Position numbers and translations under genes: made by a program. From Vulcanimicrobiota bacterium (GTDB taxonomy: Bacteria; Vulcanimicrobiota; Vulcanimicrobiia; Vulcanimicrobiales; Vulcanimicrobiaceae), in assembly GCA_963812155.1 (NCBI GenBank), contig CAWETW010000003.1:704001-768000 (forward strand): 64,000 bases of DNA. Direction: 5' to 3'. The number at the start of each line of letters is the position of its first letter. Position 1 is the first letter of the stretch. Below the pieces are notes generated by a model, which searched no databases, was not told the origin of the DNA, and saw nothing but the letters and a program-made list of their open reading frames with translations. This document shows, piece after piece, positions 19,346 to 29,451 of the stretch.

Positions 19346-20350
19346 CTACTGTGGTGCGGGGCTGACGCCGATGTCTTGAACGCCAGGCAGCTCGCTTAAC
19401 ACCTTCGCGGGCTGACCACCGGCTGGATAATGCCAGAATCCCACCGTTGGATATTTCGAACGAGGAGGGTAGTGAGTTACGACGACTCGATTGGCCTCAA
19501 TCCAAAAGTCGTCATCATGTCGGGCAGTGTCGATGCTGGTGCGGCCGACGATTTTCGCACTCGAACCTGAGATCGCCAATCGGTAGATCCAGTTCCCAGA
19601 GTCCGCCATAACCGCGAGATATTTCCCATCCCATCGAATGTCACCGATGCCATCAATGCTCTTATCGAGAGCAATGTCTTTGAATTTTCCGGTACCCTTG
19701 GCAAGCTCGGCCAAACCCGACTGACTTCCATTTAGCCCGTCGGCAAACAAGTTGCCGTCGCCGTCATAGCCACAACTCGAGAAGGAATCGAAGTTCGGAT
19801 CGGCATAGCGCGTTGGCCCGCTTTTCGCGTTACGGAATACGGCGACTTTGCCCGGCGCCTGACTTGTATAGTCGGCAACGGCGAGATTCCCGGTCGAAGG
19901 ATCCACCGAGCAGCCCTGCGGATTCTTTGAGTCCGGCAACGTGCGAATCGGGCTTGTGCCGCCGTGCGCGTACGCTTGGATACGATTGGCAAGCAAGTCC
20001 GTCACAAAAATATCGCCGGTATGCTGGTTCACGCAGATGCCCACCGGAAGAGCAAATCCGGTAAGAGTTCCGACCCGGTGACCTCCGGGATACGAGAAAA
20101 CCCAGACTTCGTTGAACAGCGTGTTCGAAACGTACAACAAATCCTCGCTCTTCGCTTCCGTCGCCATCCAGGAGTAGCCGCGTCGAAGCGCCGGCTCTGC
20201 AGGCCGTTGCTGGAACACCCCGGATGCGACGATCGGTGGCGCAGGCCCACTGCAGCATGACAGCACCACGGCAGCCGCTAGGCACGCATGGGTCACTGAG
20301 CCCTTCATCGGAGCCTTCCGCAGTGGCGCGCGGGAACTGCTGCGGTTCAC
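19346..20350 (-). CDS. beta-propeller lipoprotein (NHL/SMP-30-like)
   Basis: Lipoprotein-like leader; SWMATEAKSEDLLYVSN, PQGCSVDPSTGNLAVA and CGYDGDGNLFADG motifs. Confidence 0.75.
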   Translation of the reverse strand: MNRSSSRAPLRKAPMKGSVTHACLAAAVVLSCCSGPAPPIVASGVFQQRPAEPALRRGYSWMATEAKSEDLLYVSNTLFNEVWVFSYPGGHRVGTLTGFALPVGICVNQHTGDIFVTDLLANRIQAYAHGGTSPIRTLPDSKNPQGCSVDPSTGNLAVADYTSQAPGKVAVFRNAKSGPTRYADPNFDSFSSCGYDGDGNLFADGLNGSQSGLAELAKGTGKFKDIALDKSIDGIGDIRWDGKYLAVMADSGNWIYRLAISGSSAKIVGRTSIDTARHDDDFWIEANRVVVTHYPPRSKYPTVGFWHYPAGGQPAKVLSELPGVQDIGVSPAPQ

Positions 20351-21459
20351 GGCCCAAACACCAGCGCATCCGGCACGTTCAGTCCCTGCGTTATCGTTCG
20401 TAGCAGCTTGGTACCGCCCGTGCCGTACACCGTCACCGTGTTATTCGAATTTGCAACAAAGAGTTCGCTGTTGCCGCCAAAGGCGAGCGCATTCGGCCGG
20501 TCAACGCCCTGGGAAACCGTACGCAGCACGTTGCCGCTGCCCGGTGCGTAGACGGTGACGTTATTACCTAAGAGGTTGGCGACGAATAAGTTTCCGGAGC
20601 CGCCGAATACGAGCGCAATCGGGTAGTAAAAACCATTGGCGATCGTCCGCAAGACCGAGGTACTGCCCGGGGCATAGACGGTCACCGTACCGTTGCTGCC
20701 TCCGACGAACGCGTTCACGACGTAGAGATTGCCGGAACCGTCGAAAGCCAGTCCCTTAGGGTTGAAGACGCCGTCTTTGATGGTATATAGTGCCGACGTG
20801 CTGGCCGGCGCGAAGACTCTCACGCGGCTTGGACGCCTACCCAGGACGTTGTCCGCGACGTAGAGATTACCGGAACCGTCAAATACAAGCGCTGTGGGTT
20901 GTTTCTTTGCGCCCTGGGGAATTGTGTACATGACCGAGGTGCTGCCAGGGGCGTAGACGGTCACATAGCCGTCTCCAAAGTTCGTCGTGTAGTTTGCGAC
21001 GTAGAGGTTGCCGCCAGCGTCAAACGCCAGCGCGTCCGGATGGTCCAAGCCTTGGGAAATCGTGTAGAGAAGTTTGGTCGTTCCCGCGGCGTAGACCGTT
21101 ACCGTATTGCTCGCGCGTCGGTTTGCGACGTACAGATTACCGGCGTGGTCGACCGCGAGCGCCACCGGATCTTTCACACCCTCGGAGATCGTCCGCAGAA
21201 GTGAGGTGCCGTGCGTGGCGTAAACGGTCACGCTGCCGTTGTTCGAACCGCCGCACTCCCTGCCGCAGTTTGCAACGTAAATGTTGGGCCCGCGCGCAGC
21301 AGCAGGGCGTTGCGCCCGGTCGGCCGCAGAACCGAAACCCAGGAGTGGCCCCGCTGTAGTTGGCGACGAGACCGAACTCTGTGGGAGTTGGCCGCTGCAC
21401 GCCGTTAGTATCGAAAACGTAGCGATGAGGGCGAGCCTTCTCGACTCTGTAATTGACAT
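20347..21459 (-). CDS. NHL-repeat lipoprotein
   Basis: RBS GAGGAGG; lipobox LTAC; about 7 repeats of PxALAFDxxGNLYVAN...VTVYAPG. Confidence 0.85.
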   Translation of the reverse strand: MSITESRRLALIATFSILTACSGQLPQSSVSSPTTAGPLLGFGSAADRAQRPAAARGPNIYVANCGRECGGSNNGSVTVYATHGTSLLRTISEGVKDPVALAVDHAGNLYVANRRASNTVTVYAAGTTKLLYTISQGLDHPDALAFDAGGNLYVANYTTNFGDGYVTVYAPGSTSVMYTIPQGAKKQPTALVFDGSGNLYVADNVLGRRPSRVRVFAPASTSALYTIKDGVFNPKGLAFDGSGNLYVVNAFVGGSNGTVTVYAPGSTSVLRTIANGFYYPIALVFGGSGNLFVANLLGNNVTVYAPGSGNVLRTVSQGVDRPNALAFGGNSELFVANSNNTVTVYGTGGTKLLRTITQGLNVPDALVFGP

Positions 21460-21598
21460 AAAAGCCTCCTCGCGAAAGGTTGGATACGCTGATTCCACAG
21501 CATAGCAACAGAGCCTCTGTTTTGCCGGCGCCCTCAGCCGCCGCTGGGCTCGCGAGGCGTGGCCCCCGAAGAAGGCGATAGCAAGAACCAGATTAAGC

Positions 21599-21643
21599 AT
21601 TGACAATCTTCGATACAATGGCCTAGTATCGATGGGTGTCAAT
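21599..21643 (+). promoter_or_regulatory. ars promoter with ArsR-type inverted repeat
   Basis: TTGACA(21600)-18 bp-TAGTAT; inverted repeats ATTGACA/TGTCAAT and TCGATAC/GTATCGA. Confidence 0.7.
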
Positions 21644-21968
21644 ACAACGCTGTTGTCCCACGGCACGAATCGTCAAGCGGGACTTCGAGCCCGTCGCCGG
21701 GCTGCTCAAGGCGATTGCCGATCCTTATCGCCTGACCATGCTCGCTACTCTGGCGGCGAGCGATCGTGAAGTATGCGTCTGTGACTTTACGGACGCCCTC
21801 CCGCTGAACCAGCCCACGGTCTCGCACCACCTCCGTATCTTGCGCGAGGCCGGTCTGGTCACGTGCGAACGTCGAGGGACCTGGGTGTACTATCAGTTGG
21901 AGCCGGATGCGCCGGAGCGTCTCGATAGAGCATTAGAAGGTGTCTTTCGGAAGAAGGCCTACGTATGA
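21636..21968 (+). CDS. arsR: ArsR/SmtB arsenic-responsive repressor
   Basis: KAIADPYRL, EVCVCD, QPTVSHHLRILREAGLV and RRGTWVYY motifs; N-terminal CC. Confidence 0.92.
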   Translation: MSIQRCCPTARIVKRDFEPVAGLLKAIADPYRLTMLATLAASDREVCVCDFTDALPLNQPTVSHHLRILREAGLVTCERRGTWVYYQLEPDAPERLDRALEGVFRKKAYV

Positions 21969-22402
21969 AAACTCACTTAAGCTTCGTCACATCGAAACTC
22001 GCTGAAAGCGTCGACTTCTACTCGGCGCTCTTCGGCGAAAAACCGAGCAAAGTGCTCTCGGACTACGCCCTGTTTATCACTGAGGAGCCCGGCCTCGAAC
22101 TAACGCTGGAAGCGTCGAGTTCTACACCGCAGGCGTCGGGCGATCATTACGGCGTGTTCGTGGAGTCCGTCGACGATGTCGAGCGCGCTATCACACGCCT
22201 TCAACGGGCCGGCCTCGTTTCGGCGATCGAGCGTGAAGAAACGTGCTGCTACGCCAACCAAACAAAGGTATGGGCTACGGATCCGATGGGGCGTCGTTGG
22301 GAGATTTATACCGTCCACGAGGATACGGAGCAGCGCGGCGCTGCCGGCTCCAGCTGTTGCACGGATTCGCTCGACGAAAGCGGCGTCTGCTGCACCGCCT
22401 AG
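21965..22402 (+). CDS. arsI: ArsI/CadI family VOC metalloenzyme (C-As lyase-like)
   Basis: VOC fold with ETCCYANQTKVWATDP.G.RWEIY and a Cys-rich tail. Confidence 0.8.
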   Translation: MKTHLSFVTSKLAESVDFYSALFGEKPSKVLSDYALFITEEPGLELTLEASSSTPQASGDHYGVFVESVDDVERAITRLQRAGLVSAIEREETCCYANQTKVWATDPMGRRWEIYTVHEDTEQRGAAGSSCCTDSLDESGVCCTA

Positions 22403-22427
22403 TGCCGCCGGCACTGAGAAGTGCTTC

Positions 22428-23090
22428 GTGACGCTCTTTAAACGCGGCATGACCGAGGCTCTCGGGACGGCATTTTTGTTAGCGGGTGTCGTAGGATCGG
22501 GCATTATGGCTGAGCGCCTCAGCGGAGGAAATCAAGCCGTCGCCCTTTTGGCGAACACGATCGCGACGGGTGCCGTACTCATGTGCCTTATCGCGGCTCT
22601 CGCGCCGATTTCTGGTGCACATCTCAATCCGGCGGTATCGCTGGCCGACGCGATGCAGGGTGGACTCCCATGGCGCGAACTTCCGGCGTATTGGCTCGCA
22701 CAGATCTTTGGTGCGCTCGCGGGAGTTGCTCTGGCAAATGCGATGTTTGGCCTTCCGTTCTTTTTTGTCTCCCATCACGCACGCACCGGCCCGCATCTGT
22801 GGCTCGGGGAGTTCATCGCCACCTTCGGTCTCCTCGTCGTGATCTGGGGTTGCGTGCGTTCTAGGTCAAACCTTACGGCGCTCGCGGTTGCTGCCTATAT
22901 CGTGGCCGCCTATTGGTTTACATCGTCCACCTCATTTGCTAACCCGGCCGTGACCCTGGCGCGATCTCTCTCCGACACCTTCGCAGGTATTCGGCCTGAG
23001 AATGCCCCAGCGTTCGTTGTCGCAGAACTTCTTGGAGCGATGGCTGCCACGCTCGTTGTTGGCTGGATTGCTTTAGAGAGATCGAAGTGA
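22428..23090 (+). CDS. MIP/aquaporin channel (AqpS-like)
   Basis: SGAHLNPAVS and STSFANPAVT; located in the ars operon. Confidence 0.88.
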   Translation: MTLFKRGMTEALGTAFLLAGVVGSGIMAERLSGGNQAVALLANTIATGAVLMCLIAALAPISGAHLNPAVSLADAMQGGLPWRELPAYWLAQIFGALAGVALANAMFGLPFFFVSHHARTGPHLWLGEFIATFGLLVVIWGCVRSRSNLTALAVAAYIVAAYWFTSSTSFANPAVTLARSLSDTFAGIRPENAPAFVVAELLGAMAATLVVGWIALERSK

Positions 23091-23539
23091 AGCGCAACGT
23101 ACTTTTTGTTTGCGTTCAAAACAGCGCTCGAAGTCAGATGGCTGAAGCATTTCTGAATGAAATGTGCCCTGAAGACTTCTCGGCTCAGAGTGCCGGGCTC
23201 GAGCCTGGCTCGCTAAATCCCCTCGCCGTTGAAGCGATGCGCGAGATCGACATAGACATCTCGCATAAAGAGACGAAGAGCGTGTTCGATCTTTTCAAAT
23301 CGGGCGAGCACTTTTCGTTCGTCGTAACGGTGTGCGATAGAACGAGCGCCGACCGGTGCCCGGTATTTCCGGGGCACGCCTGGCGTTTGCATTGGAGTTT
23401 TGCGGACCCGGCGGCGCTTGCTGGCACGTGGGAAGAAAGGCTCGCCGCTACGCGCACCATCCGCGACGATATACGGGAAACGATTCTCGCTTGGTGTCGC
23501 GAATCGTGCAGCGCGGCGCCGCTAGGTGGTGCGGGGTAG
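23087..23539 (+). CDS. arsC: arsenate reductase, LMW-PTP/thioredoxin type
   Basis: LFVCVQNSARSQMAEA, TVCD, CPVFPG and HWSFADP motifs. Confidence 0.9.
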   Translation: MKRNVLFVCVQNSARSQMAEAFLNEMCPEDFSAQSAGLEPGSLNPLAVEAMREIDIDISHKETKSVFDLFKSGEHFSFVVTVCDRTSADRCPVFPGHAWRLHWSFADPAALAGTWEERLAATRTIRDDIRETILAWCRESCSAAPLGGAG

Positions 23540-23621
23540 TGGATCTGCGCTTCGCAAGGGACCGCGCGCTGGATGGCCAAATCGCCTCGTAGCTGACTGA
23601 TACTCTAGAGGGAGCAGGCAA

Positions 23622-24041
23622 ATGACCTTACCTAGAGCACTCGCAACACTCGTTGCAATCGCGTATCTGACCGGCTGCGCCGGCGATCTACCCAGCGCGC
23701 AACGGCCTTCTTCGCAGTACGCCGGCGCGACGCAAGGCCCGAACAGTGGAAGCACGACGCTGCTGTGGAACCCGCCTGGTGTGACGCTTGTTGCGAATGG
23801 CGCAGAACGAACGAGTAAGTTGTACTACACCAAGACAATGACTGTTGCGTTAGGCAATAACTGCAACAATACCGTGATTATTCAGGAATTGAAGTTCGGC
23901 AAAATAAAGATTGAGAATCTCAAATTCATTAAATTCGGCTTTCTAACGCGTACTCCAGGCGCATATTCCTGTACGTTGATAGCTACGGACAGCCAGAACC
24001 CTTCGGTCACGTCTACCGTTACGATCACCGTAAAGCGTTAG
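23622..24041 (+). CDS. hypothetical lipoprotein
   Basis: Lipobox LTGC; beta-rich body; RBS GGAG. Confidence 0.55.
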   Translation: MTLPRALATLVAIAYLTGCAGDLPSAQRPSSQYAGATQGPNSGSTTLLWNPPGVTLVANGAERTSKLYYTKTMTVALGNNCNNTVIIQELKFGKIKIENLKFIKFGFLTRTPGAYSCTLIATDSQNPSVTSTVTITVKR

Positions 24042-24540
24042 ACATTGTTTCGTACTTGACGAGCGTCGAGCCAAAGTGGCGTGCGAGCCCGACGGGCGAC
24101 ATGCCGACCGCGCGCATGACCCGTAAGGAGCGAAGGTTTTCGGGAAATGCTACGGCCACGATTCGCGCGATGTTCAGTCGCGAAAACGCATGGGCGATGA
24201 TTGCCTTTACCGCTTCAGAAGCATAGCCTCGTCCCCAGTACGAGGAGTCGAGGATGTAGGCTACTTCGATTTCCGGCGTTTGTTCGAGGTGGCCGAGTCC
24301 GCAATGCCCGACGATCGTTCCGAGACTCTTGACGACCACGGGATAGAAACCATATCCCTGCTCGTTATGCAGTTCGCGCATGCGCGCTACCGCTCGGGCC
24401 GTTCGATCGGCGCTCCATACGCCGCCCGGGATAAACTCCATCACATCCGGCTTGGCGTAAATGGGCGCGACGAGCACGGCATCGTCGTCGTTCCACGTGC
24501 GAACCAACAAACGTTCCGTCTCAACGACGACGCGACTCAT
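24025..24540 (-). CDS. GNAT acetyltransferase, RimJ/RimL family
   Basis: ETERLLVR, EVAY...WGRGYASEA and N..S.RV..VGM motifs. Confidence 0.9.
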   Translation of the reverse strand: MSRVVVETERLLVRTWNDDDAVLVAPIYAKPDVMEFIPGGVWSADRTARAVARMRELHNEQGYGFYPVVVKSLGTIVGHCGLGHLEQTPEIEVAYILDSSYWGRGYASEAVKAIIAHAFSRLNIARIVAVAFPENLRSLRVMRAVGMSPVGLARHFGSTLVKYETMSNALR

Positions 24541-24608
24541 ACGGTAGCCGGGATGCTGCGCAGGCGCAAGTCGAGCCGAGGCCGCTTACGCCCGCAGCGC
24601 GATGTGGT

Positions 24609-25091
24609 CTAGCCTCCCAGGTGCTTGGTATGCGCCCAGGACGTTATGCGCCAGCCATTCGCCGTCTTCTTGAGCGTCACGGTAAGGGCCGAGCCGGTCT
24701 CCCTCATCGTCGCGCCTTTTTGATTGAAGTGGTAGTCGAATGGGGCACTGATGTACGCGTTATCCCCGGTGACGAACACGTGCCACGGCATTCCTATACC
24801 GCCGGTTGCGTCGGTGATTTTAGCCGTCTTGTCGTAGGCGTCCCGCGTGTTCCACCAGTCGGTGCAACCCGAAGCCCCACCGGTAAGGTACGGATCGAAG
24901 GTGTCGATGACGAAAGCCGGAGATGCGCACAACGCCACAAACGCGTTCATGTTCCCTTTGTTCATCGCGTCGATCGCGAGCTTCACGGTGTTAATCGCAT
25001 CGCTCGAAGGCGACGCGGAGCTGATTGTGGGCGTTGCCAGGAACGCCAAGGCCGCCGATAGGGCCCAAACTGCAAGTCGATGGATCTTCAT
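24609..25091 (-). CDS. secreted NTF2/SnoaL-like protein
   Basis: Signal peptide; C-terminal TVTLKKTANGWRITSWA. Confidence 0.7.
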   Translation of the reverse strand: MKIHRLAVWALSAALAFLATPTISSASPSSDAINTVKLAIDAMNKGNMNAFVALCASPAFVIDTFDPYLTGGASGCTDWWNTRDAYDKTAKITDATGGIGMPWHVFVTGDNAYISAPFDYHFNQKGATMRETGSALTVTLKKTANGWRITSWAHTKHLGG

Positions 25092-25389
25092 AATTTCTTC
25101 CTTGAGACTGCAACAGCACAGCCCCTGAACTTACAGGAGTTCATGGGGAAGCGTACGTAAAGGCCGCTCGCCCTGCAACCACGCACAAGGGGCCACCTCG
25201 CAGGTGGAGGCTGCGGCCCACCGGCGCGATTACGAGTTCGAACGATGGCGGAAATCTCGTCCGGCTTCTTTTAGTTAGGAGGCCGGCGAGCGAAGCAAGC
25301 GAGCTAACGCTTGCTAATAATATTCCTTGTTATGAACTACTTTCATCACTGCGACGTTTGAGGTAAGATGATGTAGCGGGAGGTTCATC

Positions 25390-26738
25390 ATGCGGGTGTG
25401 GGCTTTCGTTTTACTTTTTGGGTTTGGTCTTTGCAGCTGCAGTCAAACATCATTAGGCGGCGCTCCCGGCGGCTATGGCCCGCAACGGGTTAACACATTG
25501 TCTCGGGCGGCCCGAATGCGCGGCCACGCTCAGTCGCCGATACAGCATATCGTCATCATCGTGCAGGAAAACCGCAGCGTCGACAATCTCTTCCAGCTCC
25601 TGCCCGGCGCGAACACGCAGTCGTATGGCTTTGCGTCGCACGGCAACCGTCACATCCAACTGGAACCTCAGTCGCTAGCGGCGCCCTTCGATTTGGGACA
25701 CGGTCACCCCAATTGGGTTACGGAGTACGCCGACGGGGCAATGAACGGGTTCGATCAGGAGCAATGTAAGGGTTCTTGTCCGCAAGATCCGGCGTTTTCC
25801 TACGTGCCCGAAAGTGACGTCGAGCCGTACTACACCCTCGCCGAAACCTATGCGTTCGCAGATAACGTTTTCCAAACCAATCAAGGCCCAAGCTTCCCAG
25901 CCCATCAGTACTTGATTAGCGGCACTTCGGCGGTAAGTGTGACGGCGATAAGGACAAGGCGGCAAGCAACACCGACCCCGGCGGCTTTGGCGGTTGCGAT
26001 TCTCCTTCAGGAACGACCGTCAAGATCATTACTCCGGGAGGCGGCGAGCCAAAAGATCGGGGAACGTTCCCATGCTTCAAGCGGCAATCCATTATGAATG
26101 AGTTGGACGATGCCGGCGTAACGTGGAGGTACTATCAGAACTCGTCCGGGTCGGGAATTTGGAACGCCGTAGACGCCATTTACTCGATATGGTCGAACCC
26201 GGCGGAGATGGCCGCAAACGTGATCTCGCCGTCGTCCCAAGTGCTCACCGATATTGGAAACGGCCAACTGGCGGACGTGACCTGGGTTACGCCCTCGAGC
26301 AACGCGTCGGACCATCCCCTAACGACCGACGGGTCGGGCCCTTCATGGGTCGGTTCGGTCGTGAATGCCATCGGTGACAGCCAGTACTGGAACAATACGG
26401 CAATCTTCATCACGTGGGATGATTGGGGCGGCTGGTACGATCACGTCACTCCAACCGTCTATAATTCGTACGAGCTGAGTTTTCGCGTTCCGCTCGTCGT
26501 CGTCTCGCCGTATGCCAAGAGCCAATATGTGTCGCACGTGCAGTACGAGTTTGGAAGCATCCTAAAGTTCATCGAAGATACTTTCGGTTTGCCTTCGCTC
26601 GATACGACGGACGCTCGCGCCAACAACCTTACCGACCTGTTTGACTTTTCGCATCAGCATGCAAGGTTCAAACGTATCCGGACGAAGTACGGCCCTCGCT
26701 ATTTCTTCAGCCAACGGTCGACCCGACCCGAAGACTAA
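25390..26738 (+). pseudogene. phospholipase C/phosphoesterase family lipoprotein, frameshift near 25938
   Basis: IQHIVIIVQENRSVDN and GPSFPAHQYLISG in the first frame; TWDDWGGWYDHV and FRVPLVVVSPY in the second. Deleting a GT from agtgtgac restores a single ORF. Confidence 0.8.
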
Positions 26739-27019
26739 GAGGGTAGCGAGACTCTAAGAGCCTCCACACGAAGTCGAGAAGCGTCCTGTCTTTCTAACAA
26801 GCTGGACGCTTCTTTCGACGCTCTCAGGCGCGAACGATTCTAGATAATGCAACGCCGACCGCCGCACGGGGACAGCTTTGCGCCCGCTTACCCTGGAGCC
26901 TATCGCCTCCCGTTCTTAACGGCGGTCCTTGATAGAGGGCTTTATCCGAAGAAACCAAACAGGACTTTTTGCTGTCTCAAGGTTTACAAGAGATCTGTTA
27001 ATATGAATTACCGCTTAAT

Positions 27020-27880
27020 GTGAATACCGATCGGCCAAAAATGACTAACTTAATGAACGAGCGTTTTCGAGTATCAGGCAACCGCTTAGGGTTAGTCGCG
27101 ATTCACGTAGGCGCATTAGCCGCTTTCATACCGGCGACGTTTAATTGGAGCGGCCCGATCGTTGCGGCCGTTGTTCTGTATTTGACCGGCGCGCTAGGCG
27201 TTACGCTTTGTTACCACCGAACCTTGACGCACCGCGGCCTGCGGATGCGCAAACCCTTGGAATACGCGCTTGCGATTCTCGGTGCGCTGGCGCTGCAAGG
27301 CGATCCGATTCGCTGGGTAGCCACCCACCGCAAGCATCACGCACATTCTGACGCTGCGGGCGACCCGCACGGGCGTAATATAAGTTTCCGGTGGGCGCAC
27401 TTTCGTTGGCTTATCGAGACCAACGAGGCAATGCCGACCACTGAAGAGCTGGCTCACTTTGCGCCCGATCTTCAAAGGGAGAGATTTTACCGCGTGCTGC
27501 AGCACATCCACGCGCCGATGCAGCTGCTTCTGGCCGGGCTGCTCTTCGCGCTTGGCGGATGGACCTGGGTGATATGGGGAATCTTCGTGCGCCTCGTGAT
27601 AAGCTACCACGCGACGTGGTTAGTCAATAGCGCCGCACACTCGCTGGGCTACCGAACGTATCGCACGAGCGACCTCTCAACCAACTGCTGGTGGGTCGCA
27701 TTGCTCGCGTGGGGCGAAGGATGGCACAACAACCATCATGCGTTTCCGTACTCCGCACGACACGGATTGCGCTGGTTCGAAATAGATCTCACCTGGTGGA
27801 ACGTTCGACTACTGGCGTTCCTGAAGCTCGCCGATCGCGTTCGACTTCCCACTGCCGTGGCGATGCGCCGTACCGTTTAA
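27020..27880 (+). CDS. membrane fatty-acid desaturase (delta-9 type)
   Basis: His boxes HRTLTH, HRKHH and GEGWHNNHH. Confidence 0.93.
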   Translation: MNTDRPKMTNLMNERFRVSGNRLGLVAIHVGALAAFIPATFNWSGPIVAAVVLYLTGALGVTLCYHRTLTHRGLRMRKPLEYALAILGALALQGDPIRWVATHRKHHAHSDAAGDPHGRNISFRWAHFRWLIETNEAMPTTEELAHFAPDLQRERFYRVLQHIHAPMQLLLAGLLFALGGWTWVIWGIFVRLVISYHATWLVNSAAHSLGYRTYRTSDLSTNCWWVALLAWGEGWHNNHHAFPYSARHGLRWFEIDLTWWNVRLLAFLKLADRVRLPTAVAMRRTV

Positions 27881-27894
27881 GTCGGAGGCAACGC

Positions 27895-28719
27895 TTAGAG
27901 CGGCTTTACGAGCACGATCGGTTTCGTAAAGTATTCCACGCCGGCCTTCTCTAGGATGGCTTTGCCTTCACCGTCTACCAGGAAATGCTCGAACGCCTTT
28001 CCCGCGTCGGGATGCGGAGCGTCGCGCAGTTCGGCAATCGTGTAGGTAATGTGGTCGCTCATTGCCGCCTTGCCCGGCAACGGAACGAATCGTAGCCCTC
28101 GCGCGACGGCTTCGCTCTTGTAGAAGAAGCCGATGTCGGCCTCCCCGGCATCGATGCGCGCCAACAAGTCTTCTTCGGGAAAGATCTGCGCGTTGTTTTC
28201 CGGATCGCCGAGGATGCGTTTCTCGCCGTCGGCTCCGGCCAGCAGCGTCATTGCTTCCACGGTATAGACGCCTTTGGGATCGAGCCTCGGGTCGGTACGG
28301 CCGATCGCTACGCCCGGAGTGGAAAGCGCCGCAACGACCGTCGTCTTGCCCGCCGCGACGCTTTCGAACAATGCGGCGTGTTTCGAGTTATTGGACCACC
28401 CGATTCCGAGGCTGGTCGATGCAAACGTCTCGGCATCGGCGACTTTGGAGCCTAAGCTCAACACGATCTTCGGATCGACGCTGATAAAGACGTCCGGGCG
28501 TTTTGCATCTGCGGCGATGAGATTTGCGAGCATCTTGCTTCCGCCGCCTTGCCCTTGAAAGTCGATGCCCCGCTGCGCGAGAGCTGCTTTTACCGGGCCC
28601 TCCATCGGCGTAACCAGCGAGCCGGCATACAGAACCGACACAACTTGAGTTGCAGCGAAGGCCGGCAGCGTGGATATCGCTATACAGGCGGCGACCCACG
28701 CCCATTTCGAAACTTTCAT
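27895..28719 (-). CDS. molybdate/tungstate ABC substrate-binding protein (ModA/WtpA-like)
   Basis: Signal peptide; YAGSL, GGS, DVFIS and TDPRLDPKG motifs. Confidence 0.8.
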   Translation of the reverse strand: MKVSKWAWVAACIAISTLPAFAATQVVSVLYAGSLVTPMEGPVKAALAQRGIDFQGQGGGSKMLANLIAADAKRPDVFISVDPKIVLSLGSKVADAETFASTSLGIGWSNNSKHAALFESVAAGKTTVVAALSTPGVAIGRTDPRLDPKGVYTVEAMTLLAGADGEKRILGDPENNAQIFPEEDLLARIDAGEADIGFFYKSEAVARGLRFVPLPGKAAMSDHITYTIAELRDAPHPDAGKAFEHFLVDGEGKAILEKAGVEYFTKPIVLVKPL

Positions 28720-28879
28720 CGCGCCATCGTAGCATTTCCGGATGCCATAGGCCAATCCGGCGGGCCGGCACGCACGCGCCGGCCCGTCGCTTTGCATTTT
28801 TGCTCTTACGGGTTAATCGCGGCGTCGGATGGCTATGGCGTGAAAAGGCTGAGACCGCTTCGGTTGCGAAGCGGCTGGC

Positions 28880-29446
28880 ATGCGGAAACTCACGTGCCTC
28901 ATAGCGTTCCTGGCGCTTGCGTCGGCGCCCGTCGTTGCTGCGGAGACGTGGTCGGTCGATCCCGTTCACTCCACCGCTCAGTTTACGGCAAAGCATTTCG
29001 GCATCGTGCCGGTGATCGGAACGATCCCGGTCGTCAAAGCATCGCTGCAAATGAATGCCGGCTCGGAGATTCCCGTGAGCGCATCGGCGGAGCTCGACGC
29101 ATCGCGGATCGACACGCACAACGATAGCCGCGACCGCGACCTCAAATCCGACCATTACTTCAACGTCTCGTCGACACCGAAGATTTCGTTCGAGAGTACC
29201 AAAGTCGAGGGCACGGATCCCAAGAACTTTACGATCGCCGGCAACCTCACGATGCACGGACAAACGCATCCGATCCTGTTGCAAACGCGCGTCGTCGGAT
29301 CCGGCACGTCGCCTCGCGGCAAACACGTCGTCGCCTACGCGGCGACGGCGACCATCGACCGGACGCAATGGGGCATGAGTTACGGACCGCTCATCGTCGG
29401 CAACGACGTCGACCTTTCGCTCAACGTCGAAGCCGACGGACCGTAG
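28880..29446 (+). CDS. YceI family protein
   Basis: WSVDPVHS, IDT...RDRDLKS..F and IDRTQWGM motifs. Confidence 0.92.
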   Translation: MRKLTCLIAFLALASAPVVAAETWSVDPVHSTAQFTAKHFGIVPVIGTIPVVKASLQMNAGSEIPVSASAELDASRIDTHNDSRDRDLKSDHYFNVSSTPKISFESTKVEGTDPKNFTIAGNLTMHGQTHPILLQTRVVGSGTSPRGKHVVAYAATATIDRTQWGMSYGPLIVGNDVDLSLNVEADGP

Positions 29447-29451
29447 CTCGC

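Noticed and set aside
6950..27000. Integron cassette array
   Set aside because: Isolated GTTAG/CTAAC words occur, but there are no paired attC structures, gene orientation is mixed and there is no intI.
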